Positions 48,661 through 60,405 are shown, numbered from the stretch's first letter. The stretch: 64,000 nucleotides of DNA from Candidatus Moraniibacteriota bacterium (GCA_028688415.1 JAQTYF010000001.1:716020-780019); one strand, 5' to 3'. Notes: generated by a model from the letters alone, not told the origin. Numbers and translations are program-made.

Positions 48661-49479
48661 TTAATATACAATTTCAGTACCAATAGACTCACCAAGCAAA
48701 GCTTTGGTTATATTTCCTTCTATAAGACCACTAAAGATTCTCACCTGAGAATCAGAACAAATATTTTGTATACAATATATTTTTTCAATCATGCCTCCTG
48801 AATGATCGATTCCCTTCAAACGATTTGAAACAAATGTTTCCATTTGTGAATCACTCGTAGAAAATACTGGAAGAGGATGTATTTTTTTCTGAATATCTTC
48901 AGAAGAACCATAGATTCCATCAACATCAGACATAAAAAGAAGTTTCTCTGCATGGAGATCTCGTGAAAGCAAACAAGCCAACGCATCCCCTGAAAAAATT
49001 CTACTCCCTTTCTCACTATCAAGTATTAAATCCCCATGCAATACCGGAACGATATCTAATGATAATGCTGTACGAATAGCATCAAGAAATACTTTAGGAG
49101 TATTTTTTTGAAACGAAACAGTAATAGCGCTCGTTTGTATTGGCCATGCCGGAATACCAGCATCTTGCAAAGATTTTGTTACTCTGTTATTCAGTTCATT
49201 CATGGCAAGATGAATTTTTGCAGCAGCTATTTTGTCTTGTTTCGTAGAAATAATGCCAGTTTTCAATGTATCGACAAGACCATATCTATCAAGCAATGGG
49301 TGTGTCATACCTCCACCGCCATGCACAATAATCAAAGATGATTTTTCCTTGTGCATACCAAGAGAGATTTCGATCGCCATTCTTCTGAGGAAATTTCGCC
49401 TGAGACGTGCTTGACTTTGATCTTTATATGTTATACAACTACCACCAATTTTCAATATTGTCAGATGTGAATTCTTCAT
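48661..49479 (-). CDS. Isopentenyl-phosphate-kinase-like amino-acid-kinase-family enzyme
   Basis: ILKIGGSCITYK, VHGGGGMTH, VPVLHGD, SGD, SDVDGIY and D.SGGMIEK motifs. Confidence 0.78.
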   Translation of the reverse strand: MKNSHLTILKIGGSCITYKDQSQARLRRNFLRRMAIEISLGMHKEKSSLIIVHGGGGMTHPLLDRYGLVDTLKTGIISTKQDKIAAAKIHLAMNELNNRVTKSLQDAGIPAWPIQTSAITVSFQKNTPKVFLDAIRTALSLDIVPVLHGDLILDSEKGSRIFSGDALACLLSRDLHAEKLLFMSDVDGIYGSSEDIQKKIHPLPVFSTSDSQMETFVSNRLKGIDHSGGMIEKIYCIQNICSDSQVRIFSGLIEGNITKALLGESIGTEIVY

Positions 49480-49504
49480 TCCTTATAAAGAAATTGGATG
49501 TTTC

Positions 49505-50689
49505 TTAATTTTTTGGTTCTACCCAAGCTCCCTTTTCTTTAATAAGTGCCACCAGAGCATCTACTGCTTCAGTTTCTGGGACATCACGACGAACAAGTTC
49601 TTTTTTGTAGTAGAGGTTGACCATCTTTGGCCGACCACCGACATAAGCGAAATCTGAATCAGCCATTTCCCCAAGTCCATTCACGACACAACCCATCACA
49701 GCAATACGCACACCAACGAGCTGTTTCGTACGTTCCTTGATCATATTGGTTATCGGCTCGAGATCGAAAAGTGTACGCCCGCATGACGGACAAGAAATAA
49801 TTTCTGTTTTCGTAATACGTCTGCTCGTCGCCTGAAGAATACTATAACAAACATCCAACTCCGTTTCTTGTTTTTCTGTAAGCGAAACTCGAATAGTATC
49901 TCCGACACCTTCCATAAGTGCCGTACCGATACCAAGTATCGATTTGGCGCGACCTTCCTCGCCGTTCCCCGCATGTGTCACGCCCAGATGGATCGGGTAA
50001 TCCATACTTTCTTTCTCCAGTGTCGACACCAGCAAACGATTGGCTTCGATCATGACCAATGGGTCAGAAGATTTCATGGCCACAACAATATCATCGAAAC
50101 CGTACTTATGAAAAATACGTAAATACTCCATTGATGATTCCACCATACCTACAGGAGTATCACCATAACGAGACATAATTCGATCAGAAAGAGAGCCATG
50201 ATTTGAGCCTATACGAAGGGCCTTTTTTGACTTTTTAGTGGCTTCGATAAAAGGAATAAGACTCTTTTCGATACGCTCCAATTCTTTCTGATAACTTTCA
50301 TCGGTAAATTCAAAATTTCTAAAAATTTTTCCATCAAGAAAGTTCCCTGGATTGAGACGTACCTTATCAGCCCACTTGAGTGCTTCGAATGCTGCTGCTG
50401 GCAAGAAATGAACATCAGCAATGAGCGGAATATTTATACCGTCCTTAAGCAACATCTCACGAATTGGTCCGAGCGCCTGTGCGTGTTTGGGTGTCGGAGT
50501 GGTCAATCGAATGAGTTCTGCGCCCGCTTTCACACATGCCTTGATCTGAGCAACTGTAGCAGAAATATCGAGTGTATCCGTATTCGTCATGGTCTGTACT
50601 CGGACAGGATTTTCTCCACCGATACCGATTCCCCCAACATTGACAACGCGTGTCTTCCTTCGTGGCTTGAGAGCTTTAAAAGAATTCAT
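49505..50689 (-). CDS. ispG: HMBPP synthase (MEP pathway)
   Basis: VQTMTNTDT, PLIADVHF, RLNPGN, NHGSL, GDTIRVSLT, SCPSCGR and MGCVVNGLGE motifs. Confidence 0.95.
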   Translation of the reverse strand: MNSFKALKPRRKTRVVNVGGIGIGGENPVRVQTMTNTDTLDISATVAQIKACVKAGAELIRLTTPTPKHAQALGPIREMLLKDGINIPLIADVHFLPAAAFEALKWADKVRLNPGNFLDGKIFRNFEFTDESYQKELERIEKSLIPFIEATKKSKKALRIGSNHGSLSDRIMSRYGDTPVGMVESSMEYLRIFHKYGFDDIVVAMKSSDPLVMIEANRLLVSTLEKESMDYPIHLGVTHAGNGEEGRAKSILGIGTALMEGVGDTIRVSLTEKQETELDVCYSILQATSRRITKTEIISCPSCGRTLFDLEPITNMIKERTKQLVGVRIAVMGCVVNGLGEMADSDFAYVGGRPKMVNLYYKKELVRRDVPETEAVDALVALIKEKGAWVEPKN

Positions 50690-50712
50690 ACAAATATTGT
50701 TAAAAAATATTT

Positions 50713-53160
50713 CTAAAGAATCGTAAATGCTGCAACGCCGTCCCCTGCTTGTGGCTTCATCACACGCACACCCTGAGTCACTCGTCCGAGGAGCGGTACA
50801 CTCTTAAATGGAATACGAATAATTGTTCCTTTTTCAGAAGTCAGAATGAGATCATCTTCAATATTTTCCATACTCACAATTTTAGCTCCGACGAGCTTGC
50901 CTGTTTTCGGCGTAACTTTCATCGTTTTGATTCCTGATCCACCACGTTTTTGAACTTTATACGATTTTAATTCACTTCGTTTACCATATCCGTGTTGAGA
51001 AAGAATAAGGAGTTCAAGTCCTTTTTCCCCTTTTGGAAGAATATCCATACCAACGATCTTATCGATATTTTTGAGCTTCATGCCTTTGACACCAGAAGCA
51101 TTACGTCCCATCGGTCGAACATCCGTTTCTTTGAACCGAATAGCTTGACCATCATTGGTTGTGAGTACAATATCATCAGAACCGGTAGTCGGACTCACCC
51201 AACCGAGAGTATCGCCTTTTTCAAGTCCGATAGCGATAAGTCCGCTTCGACGAACGTTTTCGAAATCTTCCAATTTTGTTTTCTTGATTGTTCCTTTTTC
51301 TGTCGCCATAAAAAGGTATTTGAACGCATCATTGTTATTGAAGGCGATCATGGCAGTAATCTTCTCTTCTTGAGCAATTTGCAAGAAATTGACAATTGCT
51401 TGACCTTTGGAAGTGCGAGTTGATTCGGGTATTTCATACGCTTTCGTCTGAAATACTTTGCCTGTATTTGTGAAGAACATCAAATTATCATGCATTTCTA
51501 TAGACAAGACATGTGCGATGCGGTCTTCTTCTTTGGTCGTCGCTCCGATAACACCCTTTCCGCCACGCTTTTGGACACGATAGACACCAGGATTCATTCG
51601 TTTGATATATCCATCTTCTGTGAGTGTGATGATTGCCTCATCATTTGGGATGAGATCTTCTTGCTTGAATTCCGTCACGCCAGTCTTGATGACTTTTGTT
51701 CTTCTTTCGTCGCCAAATCTGTCTCTCACTTCGATAAGCTCACTCTTCACCAAACCAAGAATCTTCTTACGATGCTTGAGCAAGTCTTCGAGATAAGCAA
51801 TCATCTTCATTTTTTCTCCCAATTCGTCTTCTATCTTCTTCCGTTCCAAGCCTGCGAGTGTCTGAAGTCTCATTTCCAAAATAGCCGTTGCCTGCAAATC
51901 AGAAAGCTTGAATTTCTTCATCAAATTCACATGGGCCTCTTCTTTCGTCGGAGATTTTCTGATGGTTTCGATAACAGCATCAATAAAGTCCAGCGCTTTT
52001 TTCAATCCTTCGAGGATGTGTGCTCGTTCTTTGTTTTTCTTCAGATCATATTCTGTGCGACGCACCACAACTATTTCTCGGTGCTTGATATAGTGTTCGA
52101 GAATAGACTTGAGTGTAAGAATCTGCGGATCAACACCATCTACCAGTGCGAGCATATTCACATTGAAATTCTTTTGCAGGTCGGTCATTTGATACAGCTT
52201 GTTCAATACTTTCTGAGGAAAAGCATCTTTTTTCAGATCAATAACAATTCGAACTCCGTTTCTATCTGATTCATCGCGCAAATCTTTGATACCTTGAATT
52301 TTGTCGTCTTTGACGAGATCGGCAATTTTGATAATGAGTGATGATTTGTTGGTCGCATAAGTCATCTCCGTCACAATAATCTGAAACTGACCAGTTTTAT
52401 TCTCCACTATTTCCACTTTGGCTCGACTCAGTATTGGTCCTTTGCCAGTTACATAAGCTTCACGAATATCTTTGACATTGTAAATAATTCCTCCTGTTGG
52501 AAAATCAGGTCCCTTGATAAATTGCATCAGATCATCAATGGTCGCTTCTGGAAATTCAATTAAATGACAAATACCGTCCACCAATTCATTCAGATTATGT
52601 GGAGGAATGTTTGTTGCCATACCAACAGCAATGCCGACCGTACCATTCAAAAGCAGTTGTGGAAGTTTCGCAGGGAGAACAAGAGGCTCTTCATGCATAC
52701 CATCGAAGTTTGGGATGAAATCCACGGTATCTTTATCAATATCAACGAGCATTTCCTCTGCAATTGCCTTGAGCTTGGCTTCTGTGTAACGATAGGCGGC
52801 AGCGCTATCACCGTCCATCGATCCAAAGTTACCTTGTCCCCATACCAGTGGATATCGGAGTGAAAAATCTTGTGCCAAACGCACCATAGTGTCATACACA
52901 GCGGTATCACCGTGTGGATGATATTTTCCGAGCACCTCTCCGACAACTGTTGCTGATTTACGAAATTTCGAAGTCGATCGAAGACCGCTCGACCACATAG
53001 AGTACAAAATACGGCGATGCACCGGCTTGAGTCCATCTCTCACATCAGGCAAGGCACGAGCAACGATCACGCTCATTGCATAATCGAGATACGATTGCTT
53101 GACCTCATCAGTGATTGAACGCTGTTCTATTTTTCCATCGTGAAAAGCTTTTTCTTCCAT
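50713..53160 (-). CDS. gyrA: DNA gyrase subunit A
   Basis: [29 protein letters not shown] and GyrA-box QKRGGKG. Confidence 0.97.
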   Translation of the reverse strand: MEEKAFHDGKIEQRSITDEVKQSYLDYAMSVIVARALPDVRDGLKPVHRRILYSMWSSGLRSTSKFRKSATVVGEVLGKYHPHGDTAVYDTMVRLAQDFSLRYPLVWGQGNFGSMDGDSAAAYRYTEAKLKAIAEEMLVDIDKDTVDFIPNFDGMHEEPLVLPAKLPQLLLNGTVGIAVGMATNIPPHNLNELVDGICHLIEFPEATIDDLMQFIKGPDFPTGGIIYNVKDIREAYVTGKGPILSRAKVEIVENKTGQFQIIVTEMTYATNKSSLIIKIADLVKDDKIQGIKDLRDESDRNGVRIVIDLKKDAFPQKVLNKLYQMTDLQKNFNVNMLALVDGVDPQILTLKSILEHYIKHREIVVVRRTEYDLKKNKERAHILEGLKKALDFIDAVIETIRKSPTKEEAHVNLMKKFKLSDLQATAILEMRLQTLAGLERKKIEDELGEKMKMIAYLEDLLKHRKKILGLVKSELIEVRDRFGDERRTKVIKTGVTEFKQEDLIPNDEAIITLTEDGYIKRMNPGVYRVQKRGGKGVIGATTKEEDRIAHVLSIEMHDNLMFFTNTGKVFQTKAYEIPESTRTSKGQAIVNFLQIAQEEKITAMIAFNNNDAFKYLFMATEKGTIKKTKLEDFENVRRSGLIAIGLEKGDTLGWVSPTTGSDDIVLTTNDGQAIRFKETDVRPMGRNASGVKGMKLKNIDKIVGMDILPKGEKGLELLILSQHGYGKRSELKSYKVQKRGGSGIKTMKVTPKTGKLVGAKIVSMENIEDDLILTSEKGTIIRIPFKSVPLLGRVTQGVRVMKPQAGDGVAAFTIL

Positions 53161-53248
53161 AAATCGATTATTTTCAGCTTGATTATATATCAAATATACC
53201 TTTCTTCGTCTACGAATCCTTATCTTATCTCAATATCACACAAAATAA

Positions 53249-53611
53249 TTATGGATTTGTCGATGTTTCAGTTTCTGTATTTTGTGTATCTTTACGAAAT
53301 TGTTCATTGAAATAATCTGATTGATCTGAAGCAGAGTCAGGGAGGATCGGGGTAGCCTTTTGCAAAAGACTGTTCAAAGAAGGTTGCTCTTCTTTGGAAG
53401 AATCTGCTTTTTCATCGTTCGAAGACTGAGGAACGCTTTTTCTTAAATTCTGGACACTTTCTTCGAGAGAAAGAAGCCAGATACTCACGACAAAAAACAT
53501 CGAGACGAAAAGGGAGAGAAATACATATCGCATTCGAACTTGTTCCGGCTTTTGACGAATTTCTTCAATTTTTTTCCAAACGTTCAATGGCATATCCTCT
53601 TCATTATTCAA
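53249..53611 (-). CDS. Hypothetical single-TM protein
   Basis: IEEIRQKPE followed by one TM segment. Confidence 0.7.
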   Translation of the reverse strand: MNNEEDMPLNVWKKIEEIRQKPEQVRMRYVFLSLFVSMFFVVSIWLLSLEESVQNLRKSVPQSSNDEKADSSKEEQPSLNSLLQKATPILPDSASDQSDYFNEQFRKDTQNTETETSTNP

Positions 53612-53622
53612 ATAACTCTTCC

Positions 53623-54282
53623 TTACATCCCTTTTTCAAAAAGAACAATTTCCATTTTCTTCTCATCGAGATCTTTCTTCTTTATATTCAATTTGGCAAT
53701 TTTTTCTGATGGACAATTTCCAATAGCATCGCAAAAGGATTTCTCTGTATCAAGATCAAGTGTTAGTCCAGGTATTTTATAGTGCATAGGGATAACCAGT
53801 TTCGGTTCTATTTTACGAACTAATTCAGAAGCAGTTTTAGTATCCAGTGTATCTATGCCTCCTACAGGAACAAACAAAATATCAACTCCGTTTAATTTTT
53901 CCAACGTCTCTCCGGCAATATCAGAACCAAGAGCACCAAGATACCCGATGTGAATATCTTCACTCTCAAAAATAAAGACTGTGTTTTGACCTCTCTCGCT
54001 CCCTGCATTTCCATCACGATACGAAAGAAATCCGAGTGCAGATACACCTTTTACAGCGTATTCCCCTGGAGCATCCAAAACCACTACTTCTTCTTTCAGT
54101 GTATCAACCGTTTCCTCTTTTTTCCCATGAGACAAGAAAACAATGTCGACTTGACCCTGAGGAGAACGGAGTCCTGCTCCTTTTTGTAACGGATCAGTCC
54201 AGATTATAACATCTTCTGTCGCACGACCTGCAGGCTTTGTACTAATTTTAAAACAAAAATCGCCGTAATACTGTATATTCAT
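53623..54282 (-). CDS. MBL-fold (Lactamase_B_3-like) protein, metal motif degenerate
   Basis: MNIQYYGDFCFKI, TDP, PGEY, DILFVPVGG and IPMHY motifs; lacks HxHxDH. Confidence 0.82.
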   Translation of the reverse strand: MNIQYYGDFCFKISTKPAGRATEDVIIWTDPLQKGAGLRSPQGQVDIVFLSHGKKEETVDTLKEEVVVLDAPGEYAVKGVSALGFLSYRDGNAGSERGQNTVFIFESEDIHIGYLGALGSDIAGETLEKLNGVDILFVPVGGIDTLDTKTASELVRKIEPKLVIPMHYKIPGLTLDLDTEKSFCDAIGNCPSEKIAKLNIKKKDLDEKKMEIVLFEKGM

Positions 54283-54624
54283 AATTTGAGATAAATAAAC
54301 TTTCAAAAAAACCGAATACTCTCGGATGTTGCCCAGTATATCACAGTTCTTTTTGCTCTGTCCATGAGAAACCCTCTTTTCGAAGAAAGTTGTGCTTACT
54401 CCTTGCCAAAAGAGACTTTTTCCTATAGGATAAAAAGTATAGAAAGTAATCGGTGTCTTGTTAAAGATTAACACAACTGAATACAAGGATGCTTCAATCT
54501 TTGACTTCTCGAGTCGTTTTTCTCAAACACCCAGACACATTGGTGTTTTTTGCTTTTTAATAGCCATTTGCTCAATTTAATTTTTTATCGCGAGAGAGCA
54601 ACTCGCACTCATTTTTAGTATATT

Positions 54625-55833
54625 ATGACAAAAAGTACACAATCTGCAGAAGTCATCGAGAATCCATCTGCTATGGACACTCTCTTTGCAAAACATGTTA
54701 TAGAGATCCCTGAAATAGGGTCAGTTATTCAAGGAACGGTCATTTTTGTGGCATCCAGCTATGCCTTGATCGATCTCGGTTCTGTCGGAACTGGTATTGT
54801 TCTCGGAAAAGAAATGCGCGATGGCCTTGGACCAGAAGGAAAACTCAAAGTTGGCACAACAATCACTGCCACGCTCATGGATTATGAGAATGAGGATGGT
54901 TACATAGAACTCTCCATTCGTGAAGCTTCTTACGAAAAATCTTGGGATGATATCGAACACAAACTCACGAATCGTGAAGTACTAACTACCAAAGTCATTG
55001 AAGCAAACAAAGGCGGACTCATGATCGAAATCAACGGTATTCCTGGATTTCTCCCTGTTTCCCAGCTCTCGAGCGAGCACTATCCTCGTGTAGAAGATGG
55101 AGACAAAAACAAGATCTTGGATCTTTTGAAGAAACTGATCGGACAAGAAGTGCACGTACGTATCTTGGATGCTGATCGTGAAAACGAAAAACTCATTGCG
55201 AGCGAAAAGGCTGCGCAGAGCGAAAAAGAACGAGAACTCATCAATCTTCTCCGTGTTGGCGAAGTGGTCAGCGGTGAAGTGAGTGGTGTTGTTGATTTCG
55301 GTGCTTTCGTCAAATTCACACCTGCTACCAAAGAAGGAGAGAAGAAATCTGTAGAGAAGCTCGAAGGTCTCGTTCATATTTCTGAACTCGCTTGGCAACT
55401 TATCGATGATCCACGTGAAGTAATCAAGACTGGTGATCACGTAGAAGCCAAAATCATCGGCATTGAAGATACTCGCATCTCCCTTTCTATGAAGGCATTG
55501 AAAGAAGATCCTTGGACAGCCGTTCTTGAAAAATACAAGATTGGCGATATCGTTCCTGGAAAAGTCGATAAAATCAATCATTTTGGTGCATTCGTCTATC
55601 TGAACAAAGATATTCATGGATTAGCTCATGTCAGTGAATTTTCTGAGGTCTATCCTGGAAAGAAAATTGAGGAGGTATTCAAAGAAAATGAAACATACTC
55701 TTGGAAAATCCTTTCTATCGAACCAAAAAGTCATCGTATGGGACTTCTTCCCGTCAATGAGAATGCTCCAAAAGAGAAATCAATGAAAAAAGAAGAGGAA
55801 GTCAAAGAAGAAGTAGAGAAGAAAAAAGCATAA
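54625..55833 (+). CDS. rpsA: 30S ribosomal protein S1 (short form, about 4 S1 domains)
   Basis: GGLMIEINGIPGFLPVSQ, DFGAFV, EGLVHISEL and FGAFV...GLAHVSE motifs. Confidence 0.92.
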   Translation: MTKSTQSAEVIENPSAMDTLFAKHVIEIPEIGSVIQGTVIFVASSYALIDLGSVGTGIVLGKEMRDGLGPEGKLKVGTTITATLMDYENEDGYIELSIREASYEKSWDDIEHKLTNREVLTTKVIEANKGGLMIEINGIPGFLPVSQLSSEHYPRVEDGDKNKILDLLKKLIGQEVHVRILDADRENEKLIASEKAAQSEKERELINLLRVGEVVSGEVSGVVDFGAFVKFTPATKEGEKKSVEKLEGLVHISELAWQLIDDPREVIKTGDHVEAKIIGIEDTRISLSMKALKEDPWTAVLEKYKIGDIVPGKVDKINHFGAFVYLNKDIHGLAHVSEFSEVYPGKKIEEVFKENETYSWKILSIEPKSHRMGLLPVNENAPKEKSMKKEEEVKEEVEKKKA

Positions 55834-55840
55834 GCTTTAT

Positions 55841-55871
55841 AAAAACGCCCTGCTCATCCAGGGCGTTTTTG
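55841..55871 (+). terminator. Intrinsic terminator
   Basis: AAAAACGCCCTG-CTCATC-CAGGGCGTTTTT. Confidence 0.8.
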
Positions 55872-55890
55872 TACAAGAAACTCAAGAAAT

Positions 55891-56463
55891 ATGAAAAATG
55901 TTTTTATTATCTCTGGTCCGGCAGGGTCAGGGAAAGATGCGATTATCAATGGATTGGAAAAACTTATCCCATTGTCACGCGTCATTACGACAACCACTCG
56001 TCGTCCTCGTCATAATGAAACCGATGGGAATCCCTATCATTTTCTTTCACGAGAACAATTCCTTCAAAATATAGCGGAAAAAAAATTTATTGAATATTCT
56101 GTCAATGAGAACGACGAGCTCTATGGCGTCACCTTTGAAGAACTTGATCGCGTAGATCGATCAGGGGCAATCGGTATATGGAAAATGGACTGGAAAGGAG
56201 TGATTTCTGCAAAGAAACTTTTTCCAAACATCATTGCAATTTTCATACACGCACCAATGAATATTCTCGAAGCTCGTCTCCGCAAACGTGATAGTGCACA
56301 AACAAACAAAAACTATTTCGAGGATCGTATGAACTATACCAAAGAATGGCTTAAGCATACAGATATTTATGATTACACCATCGAAAATGAACAGGGAGAG
56401 CTCGATCAATCTATCGAACAAGTCGCTTCCATCATCGAGGATTGTACCAAAAAAATCGTCTAA
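55891..56463 (+). CDS. gmk: Guanylate kinase
   Basis: ISGPAGSGKD, TTTRRPR..E.DG..YHF, YG and LEARLRKR motifs. Confidence 0.92.
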   Translation: MKNVFIISGPAGSGKDAIINGLEKLIPLSRVITTTTRRPRHNETDGNPYHFLSREQFLQNIAEKKFIEYSVNENDELYGVTFEELDRVDRSGAIGIWKMDWKGVISAKKLFPNIIAIFIHAPMNILEARLRKRDSAQTNKNYFEDRMNYTKEWLKHTDIYDYTIENEQGELDQSIEQVASIIEDCTKKIV

Positions 56464-57442
56464 AGATGCTCTCTCTCCTTTCGTGCGTCGTTTTTTGAGA
56501 CGTGTCCAAAACACAGCGTCCACATTTGATCTTTGGGAAGAAGGCGAAAGCTTTATTATCGGAGTTTCCGGAGGACCAGATAGCCTCTGTCTCCTAGATG
56601 CGATGACACTTCTTCAAAAAAAAATGCACTTCTCTTTTCATATTGCTCATGTAAACTACCATTTACGAGGAAAAGATTCGAATAACGATGAACTTCTCGT
56701 ACGAGAAACGGCAGAAAAATATTCTCTTCCTCTCACCTGTTTTTCTTGTGACACACATTCTTTTCGCCATTCAGAAGAAACGATGCGCGACCTGAGATAT
56801 GCCTTCTTCGAAAAAACACGCATTGATCAAAAAGCTGGGAAGATTCTTATTGCTCATAACCAAAATGATCAAGCAGAAACGCTTCTTATGAGACTTTTAC
56901 GAGGTTCTGGATTATCAGGACTTTCCTCTATGAAGGCGAAAAATGGTCATATTATTCGGCCACTCATCGAAATGAGTCGTGATGATATTATGCGATACTT
57001 ACAAGAACGTAACATTTCTTTCCGAGAAGATACCAGCAACAAAGATGTTTTATATTTCCGTAATCAAATTCGTCATATTCTTATTCCTTTTCTGGAACAA
57101 CGCTTTCAACCAAAAATACGGCCGATTCTTGCAGAGACAGCACTTCTTCTTGGTGAAGATTATGCTCTCCTCGAACATATTTCCACTTCTTTTGTCGTAA
57201 AAGAAACCCCTACCTCAAAAGAATTTTCTTGTCGTGATTTCCTTTCTCTCCCTCCTGCTCTTATGACACGCGAATTACGTTCTCTCGTTCGTCCATTGCT
57301 CGAGGGGAAAAATCCTTCTAAAAAGCTCTTAGGGGAACTCCTTAAAGTACTCAAAAGTACCAAAAACAAGACTCAGACCGTAACATTTCAAGGGTTGAAA
57401 TTTATACGAAAAGGTGATACAGTAAGACTACTCAATTTTTGA
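56369..57442 (+). CDS. tilS: tRNA(Ile)-lysidine synthetase (true start probably a little downstream)
   Basis: SGGPDS, HVNYHLRG, R..RY, AHNQNDQAET, RPL and D.SN.....RN.IR motifs. Confidence 0.93.
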   Translation: MITPSKMNRESSINLSNKSLPSSRIVPKKSSKDALSPFVRRFLRRVQNTASTFDLWEEGESFIIGVSGGPDSLCLLDAMTLLQKKMHFSFHIAHVNYHLRGKDSNNDELLVRETAEKYSLPLTCFSCDTHSFRHSEETMRDLRYAFFEKTRIDQKAGKILIAHNQNDQAETLLMRLLRGSGLSGLSSMKAKNGHIIRPLIEMSRDDIMRYLQERNISFREDTSNKDVLYFRNQIRHILIPFLEQRFQPKIRPILAETALLLGEDYALLEHISTSFVVKETPTSKEFSCRDFLSLPPALMTRELRSLVRPLLEGKNPSKKLLGELLKVLKSTKNKTQTVTFQGLKFIRKGDTVRLLNF

Positions 57443-57492
57443 GAATACGATCATTATATCATCATTATTTAATTGTTATTGAAAATATCTTT

Positions 57493-59334
57493 ATGGAAAA
57501 AATGTTTAAGAATCTTTTTACTGTTATTCTCCTTTTTTTGCTTGTTTCTGGAATTATCATTCTTTCTCAATCGCCAGAAAAAAAGCCTGCTGAAATATCA
57601 CTCAGTGAACTCGTGACAGAAATCAATCAGGATCAGGTAAAATCTGTTTCTATACAAAACAACACTCTCTCGATTGAACTTCAGGATGGATCCAAACAGA
57701 AAGCGAGTAAAGAAGGAGAATCTTCCCTCTCAGAAACACTGATGAATTATGGCATCAATACGGAAAAGCTAAAAAATATCACTATTACCGTCAAAGAAGA
57801 TTCTGGTTGGTCATTGTGGCTCTCTGCGCTTCTCCCCTTTCTTATTCCTTTTCTGCTTATTGGAGCCTTCATCTGGTTTATGATGCGTCAAGCTCAGCGT
57901 GGTAATGCTCAGGCTCTTTCTTTCGGTACGAGTCGTGCTCGCATGACTGACCCAAAAGACAAAAAGAAACGAACCACCTTCGCCGATGTTGCTGGGGCAG
58001 AAGAAACGAAGAATGAGCTTGAAGAAGTAGTAGAATTCTTGAAATTCCCAAAAAAGTTTCTTAGCATGGGAGCAAAAATACCGAAAGGAGTCCTTTTGCT
58101 TGGTCCTCCAGGAACAGGAAAGACACTCATGGCAAAGGCAGTAGCTGGTGAGGCTGGTGTTCCTTTTTTCAATATCAGCGGTTCTGAATTCGTTGAAATG
58201 TTCGTTGGTGTTGGTGCGAGCCGTGTGAGAGATCTTTTCAAACAAGCTAAGAAAAATGCACCTTCTATTGTGTTTATTGACGAAATAGATGCTGTTGGTC
58301 GTCACCGTGGAGCTGGTCTCGGAGGTGGTCATGATGAACGTGAGCAAACTCTCAATCAAATCTTGGTAGAAATGGATGGTTTTGAAACAAACACGAGCGT
58401 CATTGTTATCGCTGCTACCAACCGTCCTGATGTACTTGATCCAGCCTTGCTTCGTCCTGGACGTTTTGATCGTCGTGTTACTATGGATCTTCCTGATATC
58501 AACGAACGCGAACAAATTCTTGTTATTCATACAAAGAATAAGCCTATTGAAAAAAACGTTTCTTTGCGTGTTATAGCTGAGCGTACTTCTGGTTTTTCTG
58601 GAGCTGATCTCGCCAATCTCGTCAACGAAGGTGCTATCCTTGCCACTCGTCGGAACAAGAAAACTATTGATATGTCAGAACTGACAGAATCTATCGAAAA
58701 AGTTATTCTTGGACCAGAGCGTCGCAGCCGTGTCATCAATAAAGAAGAAAAAGAAATTGTCGCCTACCACGAAAGCGGTCACGCATTGGTAGGGGCGAGT
58801 CTCAAATACGCAGATCCCGTGCAGAAAGTCTCCATCATTTCTCGTGGTCATGCGGGTGGGTATACGTTGGCAGTCCCTTCTGAAGACAAAAGCCTTCATT
58901 CTCATGATTATTTTCTCGATGAGCTCGCGATGCTTCTCGGTGGATATGCCAGTGAGAAACTTATTTTCAACAACACTACTACTGGTCCGTCGAGTGATCT
59001 CGAACGAGCAACACATATGGCACGAAATATGGTTACCCGTTACGGGATGAGCCGTCTCGGTGCTCGCACTTTCGGTAAGAAAGATGAACTTGTTTTTCTC
59101 GGTCGCGAAATGCACGAAGAAAGAGATTATTCAGAGAAAACAGCCCAAGACATCGATAATGAAGTCTCCACTCTTATAAACACCGCTCTCGAACGAGCAA
59201 CTCAGATCTTAAATGACCGACGGGTCACTTTAGACATACTCGCAAAAACATTGCTTGAGAAAGAAATTCTTGAGAAAGAAGCCTTCGATGCTATTGTAGG
59301 TGAGAATCCTGCTAAAAAAATAGTGTCTGCTTAA
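57493..59334 (+). CDS. ftsH: ATP-dependent zinc metalloprotease FtsH
   Basis: [34 protein letters not shown] and HESGH motifs. Confidence 0.97.
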   Translation: MEKMFKNLFTVILLFLLVSGIIILSQSPEKKPAEISLSELVTEINQDQVKSVSIQNNTLSIELQDGSKQKASKEGESSLSETLMNYGINTEKLKNITITVKEDSGWSLWLSALLPFLIPFLLIGAFIWFMMRQAQRGNAQALSFGTSRARMTDPKDKKKRTTFADVAGAEETKNELEEVVEFLKFPKKFLSMGAKIPKGVLLLGPPGTGKTLMAKAVAGEAGVPFFNISGSEFVEMFVGVGASRVRDLFKQAKKNAPSIVFIDEIDAVGRHRGAGLGGGHDEREQTLNQILVEMDGFETNTSVIVIAATNRPDVLDPALLRPGRFDRRVTMDLPDINEREQILVIHTKNKPIEKNVSLRVIAERTSGFSGADLANLVNEGAILATRRNKKTIDMSELTESIEKVILGPERRSRVINKEEKEIVAYHESGHALVGASLKYADPVQKVSIISRGHAGGYTLAVPSEDKSLHSHDYFLDELAMLLGGYASEKLIFNNTTTGPSSDLERATHMARNMVTRYGMSRLGARTFGKKDELVFLGREMHEERDYSEKTAQDIDNEVSTLINTALERATQILNDRRVTLDILAKTLLEKEILEKEAFDAIVGENPAKKIVSA

Positions 59335-59342
59335 GTTAAGTC

Positions 59343-59390
59343 AGTATATCCCCTCTTACAAGCAATGATGCTATGGGGATATACTTTTTT
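59343..59390 (+). terminator. Intrinsic terminator
   Basis: AGTATATCCCC...GGGGATATACT followed by a T run. Confidence 0.65.
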
Positions 59391-59395
59391 ATCCT

Positions 59396-60301
59396 ATGAA
59401 AAAAATACCGTTTCCAGTACTTCTAAAAGAGGCATGGCAAGCGACATTCTCTCAAAAAACACCTTGGGTATTTGGTTTCTTCATAGCCACTGCCAGTGTA
59501 TTGGTGCAAATGTTTAACAGAGATTTGATTTCTCTACAGATACAATCATTCGAAGATTTGTTTCGATTCATTACCGAGAAAACACCTGAGGAGATCACTC
59601 TTGCTTGTCTTTTTTTACTTGCTCTTTTTTTGGTACATAGTTTTGGTACAGGAAACCTGATCAAATCACTTTCCTTTCTCATCAAAAAACCTAGTGCCTT
59701 GCATTCTCTTTTTTCATTTCATTTCCTTTGGAAGAACTTCTCTCTTACTCTCATTATCGAATGTGTATTCTTTTTTCTTATTCTTTTCCTTCTTGGTATT
59801 TTTTCTCTTCCTTTTTTCGTTGCTTCCCAGATCAATCCTGCTGTAATTCCCCTTCTACAAAGCCTGGCTTTTTTTCTTTTTCTCCCTCTTCTTCTGATAC
59901 TTTCTCTTCTGAAAAGATTTTCTCTTTTCTATGCCTTATTCTCTTCTCTTCGTCTACGTGTTGTTTTTGAGACAGCTTCTCTCCTACTCTCTCGTTTCTT
60001 CTCTGCATCTCTTCTTTTCTTCTTCTTCACACTTATTCTCACTCTGCTCTTTACTTTTTTGGTAAATATCGCTATCCTAACAAGTACAGTGCTCGTAGAA
60101 CAAAACATTCTTCCTTTCACAGAATTTTCTGTACGTTTTTTTCTTTCTCTTCTCTTCTTCTCTTGGTTTTCTGTGTTTGAGAATGCTCTCTGGATTGCTT
60201 TTTTCAAATCCCTCGCAAGCCCGCGTGTGACAAAGAAGATTACGAAAGGCGAAGAGTCGTTGATCGAAGAAAATGTTCTCGTAGAAACTCCTTTTGTATA
60301 A
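59396..60301 (+). CDS. Hypothetical polytopic membrane protein
   Basis: LKEAW...WVFG, about 6 TM segments, W..FF near the C-terminus. Confidence 0.75.
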   Translation: MKKIPFPVLLKEAWQATFSQKTPWVFGFFIATASVLVQMFNRDLISLQIQSFEDLFRFITEKTPEEITLACLFLLALFLVHSFGTGNLIKSLSFLIKKPSALHSLFSFHFLWKNFSLTLIIECVFFFLILFLLGIFSLPFFVASQINPAVIPLLQSLAFFLFLPLLLILSLLKRFSLFYALFSSLRLRVVFETASLLLSRFFSASLLFFFFTLILTLLFTFLVNIAILTSTVLVEQNILPFTEFSVRFFLSLLFFSWFSVFENALWIAFFKSLASPRVTKKITKGEESLIEENVLVETPFV

Positions 60302-60322
60302 TGGTTCAATCTTATAGCAAAA

Positions 60323-60396
60323 GGGCTTGTAGCTCAGTTGGTTAGAGCGCTACATTGACATTGTAGAGGTCTCCAGTTCGAATCTGGACAAGCCCA
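60323..60396 (+). tRNA. tRNA-Val(GAC)
   Basis: Acceptor GGGCTTG/CAAGCCC-A, anticodon arm CTACA-TTGACAT-TGTAG, GTTCGAATC. Confidence 0.95.
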
Positions 60397-60405
60397 CAAG
60401 ATTAA

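Noticed and set aside
50713-53160. parC
   Set aside because: The GyrA-box QKRGGKG and a full C-terminal pinwheel are present.
54982-59115. Long antisense ORFs (e.g. 54982, 57811, 58675) and similar ones elsewhere (51490, 10424, 2348)
   Set aside because: Shadow ORFs opposite well-conserved genes, with no motifs of their own.
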